DNA of 64,000 nucleotides, from the IMG/VR virus record IMGVR_UViG_3300044970_001619, positions 1 through 64,000 of that record; one strand, 5' to 3'. The stretch comes from an uncultured virus (IMG/VR IMGVR_UViG_3300044970_001619). Taxonomy: Duplodnaviria > Heunggongvirae > Uroviricota > Caudoviricetes. Positions 43,730 through 53,504 of the stretch are shown here, piece by piece. Positions within the stretch are counted from its first letter, which is position 1. The number at the start of each line of letters is the position of its first letter. The notes under the pieces are model-generated. The model saw only the letters and a program-made list of their open reading frames with translations. It did no database searches and had not been told where the DNA came from. The position numbers were made by a program, and so were the translations under genes.

Positions 43730-45541
43730 TTAGTTTGAGTTCGAAAGTGTTGCTGAATTGCTTCTTGCTGTTGGTAAATTATTTGCCGCATTACCCACCG
43801 TTTCATTAGAAAAATCAAGTCTTGATATTGTATTAACAAGAGAGAAAGAACCAGAATATCCCCCACCAAAATAACCATAAAAAGCACTTGAAGTTGCAGT
43901 TAAAGAAAATCTTTGTGTTGGTAAATTTTTTGTAGGAAGACTTATCGTTTCATTTGAAAAATCAAGTCTTGTGATTGTATTAATATTAAACCCACCACCA
44001 AAGTAACCATAAGAATTACTTGATGCTGCTGCTAAAGAATTTATTGCTGATGGTAAATTTTTACCAGGATCACTTACAGTTTCATTAGAAAACTCTAATC
44101 TTGTAATTGTGTTGATATTTGGGAATCCACCACCAAAGTAACCATAAGAACTACTTGAGGTTGCTGTTAAACTACGTCTTATTGATGGTAAATTTTTACC
44201 AGGATCACTTACAGTTTCATTAGAAAACTCTAGTCTTGTGATTGTAGAGATATTACCACCAGAAGTTTCACCACCACCAAAATAACCATAAGAACTACTT
44301 GAAACTGATGTTAAATAACCTCGTGCTGTTGGTAAATTTTTACCAGGATTGCTAATGGTTTCATTAGAAAAATCAAGTCTTGTAATTGTACAGATATAGG
44401 GTATATATCCACCACCAAAGTACCCATAATAATTGCTTGCCACTGCTGCAGATAAAGACACTTGCCCTGGTAAATTTTTACCAGGATCACTTACAGTTTC
44501 ATTAGAAAACTCTAGTCTTGTGATTGTATTGATGTATGGTGATCCTCCACCACCAAAATACCCATAAGTCTTTGAACCACGATAGATTGATTGACCTCCA
44601 GAAAGTGCTGCCAAAGATGCCCTTCCTGTTGAAAAATTATTTCCAGGATTACTTACATTTTCGGTTGAAAAATCAAGTCTTGTAATTGTAGAAATTGCAC
44701 CAGGAGTATAACCACCACCAAAGTAACCATAAGAACTACTTTTGGTTGCTACTGATCTTTCTCTTGATCCTGGTAAATTTTTTCCTGGATCACTTACGGT
44801 TTCATTAGAGAAATCAAGTCTTGTGATTGTGCAAATTATAGGAGGTGCAAATCCACCACCAAAGTATCCATAAGAATTGCTTGAGGTTTCTGCCAGAGTT
44901 TGTCTGGATGTTGGTAAATTTCTTCCAGGATCACTTATAGTTTCACTTGAAAAATCAAGTCTTGATATTACACACAATCTAATACTAAGATCAAATCCAC
45001 CACCGAAATAACCATAAGAACTACTTGAGGTTGCTGCTAGATTATTTCTTATTGCTGGTAAATTTTTTCCAGGAAGACTTATAGTTTCACTGGAAAAGTC
45101 AAGTCTTGTGATTGTACAAAGATATGCAGTTATTCCCGATCCACCTCCTCCAAAATAACCATAAGAACTACTTGAGGTTGCTGCTATATTAATATTTGCT
45201 ACTGGTAAATTTTTTCCTGGATCACTTATAGTCTCATTAGATAAATCAAGTCTTGTGATTGTAGATATAACTATTCCTGGAAAATTATATCCACCACCAA
45301 AGTATCCATAAGAACTACTTGAGACTGCTGCTAAATTACCTCTTGACGAAGGTAAATTTTTTCCAGGAAGACTTATAGTTTCACTGGAAAAGTCAAGTCT
45401 TGTGATTGTATTCATATAAGGAAATGGCCCACCACCACCAAAATACCCATAAATCGCACTTTCTCCCCAATACTTAAAAGTATTTTCAGAAACATTTTTT
45501 ACTTGAAGTTCTTTTGCTTCTTTTAGAGAAAATACTGGCAT
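43730..45541 (-). CDS. Kelch-like beta-propeller repeat protein (paralog 2)
   Basis: about 12 highly regular YGYFGGG...TITRLDFSNETxSDPGKNLP repeats. Confidence 0.85.
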   Translation of the reverse strand: MPVFSLKEAKELQVKNVSENTFKYWGESAIYGYFGGGGPFPYMNTITRLDFSSETISLPGKNLPSSRGNLAAVSSSSYGYFGGGYNFPGIVISTITRLDLSNETISDPGKNLPVANINIAATSSSSYGYFGGGGSGITAYLCTITRLDFSSETISLPGKNLPAIRNNLAATSSSSYGYFGGGFDLSIRLCVISRLDFSSETISDPGRNLPTSRQTLAETSSNSYGYFGGGFAPPIICTITRLDFSNETVSDPGKNLPGSRERSVATKSSSYGYFGGGYTPGAISTITRLDFSTENVSNPGNNFSTGRASLAALSGGQSIYRGSKTYGYFGGGGSPYINTITRLEFSNETVSDPGKNLPGQVSLSAAVASNYYGYFGGGYIPYICTITRLDFSNETISNPGKNLPTARGYLTSVSSSSYGYFGGGETSGGNISTITRLEFSNETVSDPGKNLPSIRRSLTATSSSSYGYFGGGFPNINTITRLEFSNETVSDPGKNLPSAINSLAAASSNSYGYFGGGFNINTITRLDFSNETISLPTKNLPTQRFSLTATSSAFYGYFGGGYSGSFSLVNTISRLDFSNETVGNAANNLPTARSNSATLSNSN

Positions 45542-46368
45542 TATAAACCAAAAATAGAATATCTTTGAGTCCCCTTTTTCCAGAACTCCATATGCTTATA
45601 TTTATTGATTACATAGTCACTTAAAAACTTTGAATTGTCACGATGTATTTTTTCTACTTTGCTTCTTACAGTATGCATATTCTCTAACTTATAAACATCG
45701 TCATTCTCATCAAACTTTGGTTTTACATTCTCAAAAGTATGAGTAAATCTTGGAAGTTGTAAGAAGTCATAAATTCGGTTCAGTTCTTGTTGTGGATTTT
45801 GAACTAAATCATCATACTCAACCAATAACAAATACTTATCATTACCTTTACGAAATGCTTCAGCAAGTGCGTGATGAGATTGTCCGATAATACCTTGGGG
45901 GGACATTAAATAGTCAGCACGATTATCATTACTAATTTCCAACTTGTTTGCTATAAGTCCTTCATCAATGAATGAAGTTGTTTTGGAATGATAAATGAGA
46001 TTTAAAAATGAAGATATAATATCAGGAATACTTCTTACAGGACAAATAATCTTTGGTTCTGATGTAATATAATCTTGAATATGTTGTATTTGATTCACCC
46101 AACCTCTTGATTTATCTACAATAATATTCTGTGATGTATTAAAATAATAGTTGGGAGCAATAGAAGACAAGACCTTATGAGCACACTCTGGTTTTGGATG
46201 TGCTTTATATTGTTCGGATTTATATAAAAGATACTCTTCCGTATAATGTATCGTATCCAGAAGTGGTGAGTTTGTAGATGCGTGTATCTCTGGATTTTGA
46301 TTGAGTAGTGCTGTTAATAAAGTTGAACCTGAACGTGGAAGTCCAGACATAAAATAAAAAGTTTTCAT
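45541..46368 (-). CDS. sulfotransferase family protein
   Basis: SGLPRSGSTLL (5'-PSB), R...IISS, VEYDDLV.NP...IYDFL. Confidence 0.88.
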   Translation of the reverse strand: MKTFYFMSGLPRSGSTLLTALLNQNPEIHASTNSPLLDTIHYTEEYLLYKSEQYKAHPKPECAHKVLSSIAPNYYFNTSQNIIVDKSRGWVNQIQHIQDYITSEPKIICPVRSIPDIISSFLNLIYHSKTTSFIDEGLIANKLEISNDNRADYLMSPQGIIGQSHHALAEAFRKGNDKYLLLVEYDDLVQNPQQELNRIYDFLQLPRFTHTFENVKPKFDENDDVYKLENMHTVRSKVEKIHRDNSKFLSDYVINKYKHMEFWKKGTQRYSIFGL

Positions 46369-46371
46369 AAA

Positions 46372-48225
46372 TTAGTTTGAGTTTGAAACTGTTGCTGAAT
46401 CTGCTCTTACCGTTGGTAAATTTTTTCCTGGATCACTTGTGGTTTCATTCGAAAAATCAAGTCTTGTGATTGTACAAATATAAGGAGGTATAAAACCACC
46501 ACCAAAGTAACCATAAAAAGCACTAGAGGTTGCTGCTAAATTTGATCTTACTGTTGGCAAATTCTTTCCTGGATCACTAACAGTTTCATTAAAAAAATCA
46601 ATTCTCGTTATAGTGTTATAAAATACAAGTGGAGGAGCATATCCACCACCAAAATAACCATAAGAACTACTTGAGGTTGCTGCTAAACTAAATTTTGCAA
46701 CTGATAAATTCTTTCCTGGATCACTTGTGGTTTCATTCGAAAAATCAAGTCTACTAATAGTATTAATTGCAGTACCAGTGCTTCCACCACCAAAATAACC
46801 ATAAGAACTACTTGAGGTTGCTGCCAATCTTTCTCTTGATCCTGGTAAATTTTTTCCTGGATCAATTATAGTTTCATTCGAAAAATCAAGTCTTGTAATT
46901 GTGTTAATTATAGTAGGTGTAGAACCACCACCAAAGTAACCATAAGAACTACTTGAGGTTGCTGCCAAATATGCTCTTGATGTTGGCAAATTTCTTCCAG
47001 GATTACTTACATTTTCTGTCGAAAAATCAAGTCTTGAAATTGTATTAATAAAAGGAGGTGCAAATCCACCACCAAAGTAACCATAATAATTACTTGATGT
47101 TGTTGCTAAATACCCTCTTAATGTTGGTAAATTTTTTCCAGGAAAACTTACAGTTTCATTAGAAAAATCAAGTCTTATGATCGTATTTATTACAAAAGGT
47201 GTGAGACCACCACCAAAATATCCATAAGTCTTAGAACCCCTAAATATCTTCCTTGGACCATCAAATGTTCCTATGTCTCTGCTTTGTGATCCTGGAGATA
47301 GTGTTATGTTTGAAATTACTGGTGTTATATTTTCTGTAGAATAATCTAATCGACATAATAGAGTTCGTGAATAAAGAAAACCATAACTTATTGAAGAATT
47401 GCCATCAGCATCAAATGCTAAACCTTCAGGTAGATTTTTTCCAGGATCACTTATAGTTTCACTTGAAAAATCAAGTCTTGTGATTGTACTTAGATTAGGT
47501 AGTGTGGGGGTGTATCCACCACCAAAGTAACCATAAGAATTGTTTGAAACTGCTCCTAATTTAGTTGTTGCTGTTGATAAATTTTTTCCGGGGTTATTTA
47601 TTGTTTCACTTGAAAAATCAAGTCTAAATATGGCGGAAGTGGAATTAGCAGAACCAGCAAAATAACCGTAGTTTTGATTTTTGCAGGATGTTTTTGTCCG
47701 TGTAATTCCTCCAGGTAAATTTTTTCCAGGAAGACTTATATTTTCACTAGAAAAATCAAATCTTAAAACAGTACTAAATGTAGGAAATAACCCAGGAAAA
47801 ACATAAGTTTGCCCTCCAACAAAATATCCATAGGAATCATTTTCTGTTGAACCCATTGATGTTGCTTGTGAAGTTGGTGGTAAATTTTTACCAGGAAGAC
47901 TGACTGTTCTGGATGAAAAATCAAATCTTTGTACTGCATATGTTATAAAAGATGAAGAAGTTGCTGTACCTCCTACAAAGTAACCATAATTAGAATTTGA
48001 TGTTGTTCCCATATCTCTAGTATTTGAAAGACTAGAACTAACGCTATAGACTGTTGAAGTAGAATAATCATGCGCTGCAATAGTACTATCAAAATTGACA
48101 GAGTAACCTCCACCATAATACCCATAATCTGATGAATATTCAGGCCAACTCGCAAAATTATTATTAGTTACATTTTGGTATTGTTTAATATAAACCTTAC
48201 GAAGACTGAAGACCCCAGTTGCCAT
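46372..48225 (-). CDS. Kelch-like beta-propeller repeat protein (paralog 3)
   Basis: about 12 repeats; ends SNSN like the other two paralogs. Confidence 0.85.
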   Translation of the reverse strand: MATGVFSLRKVYIKQYQNVTNNNFASWPEYSSDYGYYGGGYSVNFDSTIAAHDYSTSTVYSVSSSLSNTRDMGTTSNSNYGYFVGGTATSSSFITYAVQRFDFSSRTVSLPGKNLPPTSQATSMGSTENDSYGYFVGGQTYVFPGLFPTFSTVLRFDFSSENISLPGKNLPGGITRTKTSCKNQNYGYFAGSANSTSAIFRLDFSSETINNPGKNLSTATTKLGAVSNNSYGYFGGGYTPTLPNLSTITRLDFSSETISDPGKNLPEGLAFDADGNSSISYGFLYSRTLLCRLDYSTENITPVISNITLSPGSQSRDIGTFDGPRKIFRGSKTYGYFGGGLTPFVINTIIRLDFSNETVSFPGKNLPTLRGYLATTSSNYYGYFGGGFAPPFINTISRLDFSTENVSNPGRNLPTSRAYLAATSSSSYGYFGGGSTPTIINTITRLDFSNETIIDPGKNLPGSRERLAATSSSSYGYFGGGSTGTAINTISRLDFSNETTSDPGKNLSVAKFSLAATSSSSYGYFGGGYAPPLVFYNTITRIDFFNETVSDPGKNLPTVRSNLAATSSAFYGYFGGGFIPPYICTITRLDFSNETTSDPGKNLPTVRADSATVSNSN

Positions 48226-48229
48226 TTAA

Positions 48230-48889
48230 TTATCCTTCTTGATAAACGTGAGAACCAACGTGTGCTAATCTAATATTAGTATTTAACCAAGCATCATACC
48301 CAACACTTCTTGCTCTTTCAAAGAATGAAAAGTCTTCTGGTAAATATCTCATTTCTTTCTTGAGTTCCAAAAAGTAATGATAAGAATTATGATATTCTTT
48401 TTCTGTTGGTGGAGTTGAACTATTATCTGTTGGTGGATAATACTTCAACTCTTCTCCATATCTTTTTACAATATCTTCAAATACTTTTCTTTTAATTAGA
48501 GAAAATCCAAATCCAATATTTTCAATCTTTACCAGTTCACCTTCAACAACTTCTGGTTTTGTAATATTATAATTATATCTCAATGGAATTCCTTTCATAG
48601 GATAAGCACCACATACAATATCTTTATCTTGTCTTAAGAGATTGAAAACATCTTCTGGTGTAAATCCAATATCAGCATCAATAAACAGAATTCTTTCATA
48701 TTCTGTATTGTTCATAAAGAAATTAACAATTCTTGAACGTGCTTGAGTAATCAAACTATCATTTGCAGTTGTCAATAATCCGTGGTCTAATCCAGCAGTT
48801 CTTAATTCCTTTCCAAGATTAAATAGTCCCTTTGCTGTCTTATCACTTACTAATCCACCATAACAAGGCATCGCAATCAAGATAGACAT
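48230..48889 (-). CDS. GT-A fold glycosyltransferase
   Basis: IAMPCYGG, SLITQAR, FIDADI, GFGFSLIKR, EDFSF. Confidence 0.82.
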   Translation of the reverse strand: MSILIAMPCYGGLVSDKTAKGLFNLGKELRTAGLDHGLLTTANDSLITQARSRIVNFFMNNTEYERILFIDADIGFTPEDVFNLLRQDKDIVCGAYPMKGIPLRYNYNITKPEVVEGELVKIENIGFGFSLIKRKVFEDIVKRYGEELKYYPPTDNSSTPPTEKEYHNSYHYFLELKKEMRYLPEDFSFFERARSVGYDAWLNTNIRLAHVGSHVYQEG

Positions 48890-48922
48890 AATTTCTCCAT
48901 TTTATATTATTATACTATATAT

Positions 48923-50449
48923 TTACGATGTTATTTGTTTTGCAGCAACACAGGCAGAGAGTGAGTTAATTGTAGAACCAACGGCAACAATCGTATCATT
49001 TATTGCAAGATATTTTGGTTTATCAAGTATTTCAACAACACTGTTTTTAGGTATAGTCATATTATATGTCAAGTATCCAAGTCGTACTCCGGTAGATACA
49101 ACAGAACCTGCAGTTCCTCCACGATAGATAGAAACAGATGCATCAACATCAATATTCAAATTATAATTACAAAGACGAATAGATTGAACAACTGAAGGAT
49201 AAGTTATTGAACGATAAACTTCTGCACCAGTTGTACTTGCTACTGTTGAACCAACACCAACAAAGTTTGTATCAGTTTTTGTGGAATAAACGGTAAATAC
49301 ATCCAAACCACCATCAATTCCTGTTGCAGTTGAACCAGTTCCAGAAAGTGCTTGGAATCTTAGGTGGTCATTCGGTGAAGCAATCATTGGTTGATTAATA
49401 AGTTCCACAGAACCTTGATAAGGAACTATAAGTCTTTGCGTAATCGGAACTGCTCTCCAAGTAGTTCCAGAAACATAAAAATCTTGTCTTGCAGTTAAAT
49501 ATAATTCATTTGAATATGTATTGGTGACGTGAATTGATTCAATTACATATTCTCTACTTGCTGTTGATGGGAATGAAAGACCAATTCCAAAAGAAGTTCC
49601 AGCAACTCCAGGACCAGTAAAAATGTCGTTATTTTGTGCAGTATTTATACCAACTCCAGAAATAGCAGAGATGTAAACAGAAGTTGTAATTCCAGTGTCA
49701 AAAGTTCCAGAACCACCTCCACCACCTGCAGCACTAGAACCTTGAGTTCCCTGAAGACCTTGAGTACCTGTTCCTGTGGTTCCTTGTGTACCTTGTGTAC
49801 CTTGTGTGCCTGTTCCTGTGGTTCCTTGTGTACCTTGTGTACCTGTTCCTGTGGTTCCTTGTGTGCCTTGAGTTCCCTGAGTACCTTGTGTTCCTTGTGT
49901 GCCTTGAGTTCCCTGAGTACCTTGAGTGCCCTGTGTTCCTTGTGTTCCTTGTGTTCCCTGAGTACCTTGAGTACCTGTACCTGTTGTTCCTTGAAGTCCC
50001 TGAAGACCTTGAGTACCTTGAGTTCCCTGAGTTCCCTGAGTACCTTGTGTTCCCTGAGTACCTTGAGTTCCCTGAGTACCCTGAAGACCTTGAAGACCTT
50101 GAGTTCCCTGTGTGCCCTGTGTACCTTGAGTACCTTGAGTTCCCTGAGTACCTTGTGTTCCCTGAGTACCTTGAGTGCCTTGAGTGCCTTGAGTACCTTG
50201 AAGTCCCTGAAGACCTTGAGTACCTGTACCTGTTGTTCCCTGAGTACCTTGTCTTCCTTGAGTTCCCTGAGTTCCTTGAAGTCCCTGAAGACCTTGAAGT
50301 GCTGCTGTTGAAATTGGAGTCCAACTAACTCCAGCACCAGTAGAAATAAGAACCGAACTTGCAGACCCTACTTGATTATTAAAATCATAAAGACCACCAT
50401 CAAGTTTAAAATTCCCATAAACTCTAGTGCCAGACTTAAGTTTTGCCAT
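48923..50449 (-). CDS. collagen-like (GTQ) fibre protein
   Basis: about 60 G-X-Y triplets followed by a beta-rich C-terminal domain. Confidence 0.85.
   Translation of the reverse strand: MAKLKSGTRVYGNFKLDGGLYDFNNQVGSASSVLISTGAGVSWTPISTAALQGLQGLQGTQGTQGRQGTQGTTGTGTQGLQGLQGTQGTQGTQGTQGTQGTQGTQGTQGTQGTQGTQGLQGLQGTQGTQGTQGTQGTQGTQGTQGTQGLQGLQGTTGTGTQGTQGTQGTQGTQGTQGTQGTQGTQGTQGTQGTQGTQGTTGTGTQGTQGTTGTGTQGTQGTQGTTGTGTQGLQGTQGSSAAGGGGGSGTFDTGITTSVYISAISGVGINTAQNNDIFTGPGVAGTSFGIGLSFPSTASREYVIESIHVTNTYSNELYLTARQDFYVSGTTWRAVPITQRLIVPYQGSVELINQPMIASPNDHLRFQALSGTGSTATGIDGGLDVFTVYSTKTDTNFVGVGSTVASTTGAEVYRSITYPSVVQSIRLCNYNLNIDVDASVSIYRGGTAGSVVSTGVRLGYLTYNMTIPKNSVVEILDKPKYLAINDTIVAVGSTINSLSACVAAKQITS
49740..50298. 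repeat. 9-bp tandem repeat encoding GTQ/GLQ
   Basis: CAAGGTACT/CAGGGAACA variants on the minus strand. Confidence 0.9.
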
Positions 50450-50452
50450 TTT

Positions 50453-53400
50453 TTATGCTTGTGCCTCCGTCCAAGAAATTCTTGCAGTTACATTAACATC
50501 ACCAGTGGCGGCAATATTAGTTACAGTAATCGTTAATGTATCAGGACCGTCTGGGAATATTCCACTATTTGAAGTGGTGCCACCTCCACCAAGAATACAA
50601 TTACCCAAGTCCCTTACAGTACTTAAATCAAGTGTGTCAGTACCAGCAGAAAATATTCCTGCAGTAACTTCACCACCTGTTACTGTGGTAGAACCACCAC
50701 CATAATCAACAATTTGTGCCAAACTGGAATTTTGTTGTCCCGTAGCATTACCAATAGCATTCGTCCAAGTATTTGTAGTTGATGGAGTCGCATTTAAAAA
50801 TGCTTGCACAAGAATATTTGATGTATTACTACCACGAATTGAAATTCCCAGATTTCTAAGAACCAATTGCATTCTATTAATTAATTCTCTTTGTCCGAAT
50901 GCCGCAGCAATACCATTATCCACCGATGGTGCAACACGAATTGCAAGTAGTGCCCGTGTTGCACCAGGAGAAATAGTAGTAGCAGTTCTTTGACCATAAG
51001 TAAAGACCAAAGATTTATCATCATCATATCGACCATCCATAATCACACTTGTACCCCAGTGTGATATAGAAGGTCCATAAGTTGGGAATGCAAGTTCAAC
51101 GGCAACTGGGTCTGTAGCAGAGAAAGTAAATGCCTGACCCGTTGATGCCCCCATTGGGGGAATAATTACTGTTGGGTTTGCCGTTGTTGCTGCTTGACTT
51201 AACGTAATATTTCCAACACCAATTGCACTGACGTATGTTCCTTCTGGGAATCCACCAATAACTCTCTGACCTACTTGTAAATTTGTGGTGGTTGCAGTTG
51301 CCACATTAGAACCAGAGGCAACCGTAAGTGCAAGAGAAGTACTACCAGATCTTGCTCTTGTAACTCCAGTAAATGCTGTTGTACCAATACCAGCATAATT
51401 CATATACTCATAAGTATTTGCATTACGAACTACGATTGTACCGGCAGTTGGGAATCCTGCAGTACTTGCAATACCAATAGTTGTATCGGATGCTCCCACA
51501 TTGCCAGTAATTTTAGTTGTTGGTGGAAGACTTTCAGATTCATATCGTGCTGGTAAGTTTCCAGAACGCATATATGCTTCTGTATTGACATTATTATTTG
51601 GTACTTTATGGCAGTAAATTACATCGCCAGTTGGACCTCTAAATCCCCAACGAATAAATCCAGCACCATACCAAGAATAATCAATATAAAACATCTGCAT
51701 CTTGGTGAGGTCAATATTATATCCAGAAGGACCTGTACCATCACACTTATCAATATTCCAAGATGATTGTGGATATTTTGTGTCTTGTGTTTTTGAAATG
51801 ATTACAAACGATGCCGTTGCTCCTCTATATGAAGGAGAAATCGTCATAGAAGTGTCACTTGCAATATCAACAACACGATATGACTGACCACGAAGAACAA
51901 TAAAATCTCCAATGTTTAGTTGTTTTGAAAATACAGTTGGGAATGTTGCATTAGTTTGTGTTATAGTATTGCTTCCGTTTGTAACACTCACTTTTCCTGC
52001 AAGTTGATAAGTAGAACTTCTACGAACCGCAGAAAGTGTTTGCCCATCAAACTCAAAGAATATTCCATTTTGAGCATCAAAACTTCCAAGACGGTTTGAG
52101 CATCCATACCAACTTGAAACAGAACAATTATAAGTTCCAGATGCTGGTGATGCGGAAGGAGTTGATAATGCAGTATATTGGAAAGTATTGTATCCAGTAA
52201 CAGAAGTAATTGTAAAAGTTCCATTATACGCAGATTCATTTGCACCAGAAATTGTAACTTGAGTTCCTGGTGTTGCTGCCTGAATATTATGTTGTTCTTT
52301 TGTTTGAACAGTAACAGTTGTTCCAGAAGAAGTTAAACTATCAATCTGCAAACTTGGTTTTAAAATAGTACCAGAACTGACTTGAATACCTTTACCAGAT
52401 TGATAACGAAAATATCTTCTGGTTTGGCGAATTGCTTGCTCAAAGTTTCCATTTGAGTTTGATGTGAAAATAATTCCACCATCAAATGGTCTGTGCAAAA
52501 ATTGTCCTTGAGGTCTTACGAAGATTCTTCCACCAGTTGGGTTTGCTGCTGGTGCAGTAGTTGAATAATAAGTAAATGCAGTTGAACTGGTAATTGTAGC
52601 AACCACAAAAGAACCATTTGCATTTACCTGCGATGTTCCGACAACCGAAACCTCATTACCAATGGCAAGACCATGAGGAACTGTAGTTGTTACAGGAATT
52701 GCAGTTCCAGAAGTCCAAGAGAATGTTGGTGTTCCACCAATCTGAGCATTTGTATATGTGGTTCCAGAAAATATACCAGTCTTATTGGAGTCAAAAATAT
52801 TTGTAACTGTTGTTGTATTTGTTGCTCTTGCAGTATAAGTAAAGTTTGTACTACCAGCACCAACAGATTCTACAATAAAGTTTCCGTTCGCAATATTCAG
52901 ATAAGCATCTTGAACCGTAATTGCTGTTCCAATTCCAGGTGGAGCTCCACCAGAAACTACAACTGTGACTGTTCTTGAGTTAGTAGGTAATGTAATTGTG
53001 CCGATTCCAGTTATGCCAACTGAAGAAGGATAAGCAAAAGGACGATTATTAATCATCGCAAGATTTTCCCACTTTGTAATCTGACTACCATATTCAAAGT
53101 CAGTATCAATCAGTGCTTGTGGAGTTGAAACTCTAAATTTATTTACAGGGTCTGTATATGCTTCAGAAGGTGTAAACTTCTCATCATACTCATCTACGGT
53201 GATTTGAAGTTTATCAGTACTACTCATTCCAGCAGTATTATAATTTAATACGACTGTGGTTGTAGTTGTACCACCAGAAGTTGAAACAGTATAAGTATTT
53301 GCCTTTAGGTTTGAGTCAGAAAAATTATAGATTACCGTGTTCGTCGTTACATTGGTAATCAGAATTAATCGTTCTCTCGGTATGACACGAGGAATAACTA

Positions 53401-53458
53401 TGGTATTTGTGGAAGGGGTAAATGTATATCCAGTTTCCAGTATTGCCTTTCTTGCCAT
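50453..53458 (-). CDS. virion structural protein (Thr/Gly-rich, beta-sandwich repeats)
   Basis: ILITNVTTN.VIYNF, TDPVNKFRVSTPQALIDTDFEYG, YSWYGAGFIRWG. Confidence 0.85.
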   Translation of the reverse strand: MARKAILETGYTFTPSTNTIVIPRVIPRERLILITNVTTNTVIYNFSDSNLKANTYTVSTSGGTTTTTVVLNYNTAGMSSTDKLQITVDEYDEKFTPSEAYTDPVNKFRVSTPQALIDTDFEYGSQITKWENLAMINNRPFAYPSSVGITGIGTITLPTNSRTVTVVVSGGAPPGIGTAITVQDAYLNIANGNFIVESVGAGSTNFTYTARATNTTTVTNIFDSNKTGIFSGTTYTNAQIGGTPTFSWTSGTAIPVTTTVPHGLAIGNEVSVVGTSQVNANGSFVVATITSSTAFTYYSTTAPAANPTGGRIFVRPQGQFLHRPFDGGIIFTSNSNGNFEQAIRQTRRYFRYQSGKGIQVSSGTILKPSLQIDSLTSSGTTVTVQTKEQHNIQAATPGTQVTISGANESAYNGTFTITSVTGYNTFQYTALSTPSASPASGTYNCSVSSWYGCSNRLGSFDAQNGIFFEFDGQTLSAVRRSSTYQLAGKVSVTNGSNTITQTNATFPTVFSKQLNIGDFIVLRGQSYRVVDIASDTSMTISPSYRGATASFVIISKTQDTKYPQSSWNIDKCDGTGPSGYNIDLTKMQMFYIDYSWYGAGFIRWGFRGPTGDVIYCHKVPNNNVNTEAYMRSGNLPARYESESLPPTTKITGNVGASDTTIGIASTAGFPTAGTIVVRNANTYEYMNYAGIGTTAFTGVTRARSGSTSLALTVASGSNVATATTTNLQVGQRVIGGFPEGTYVSAIGVGNITLSQAATTANPTVIIPPMGASTGQAFTFSATDPVAVELAFPTYGPSISHWGTSVIMDGRYDDDKSLVFTYGQRTATTISPGATRALLAIRVAPSVDNGIAAAFGQRELINRMQLVLRNLGISIRGSNTSNILVQAFLNATPSTTNTWTNAIGNATGQQNSSLAQIVDYGGGSTTVTGGEVTAGIFSAGTDTLDLSTVRDLGNCILGGGGTTSNSGIFPDGPDTLTITVTNIAATGDVNVTARISWTEAQA

Positions 53459-53504
53459 AATTAATGAATACCTTTGTTATATTTATTAGAGTAGAAATAA
53501 GAGG

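Noticed and set aside
39233..48225. Diversity-generating retroelement acting on the propeller genes
   Set aside because: No reverse transcriptase or non-coding template repeat in the window; differences include indels and are not visibly adenine-specific.
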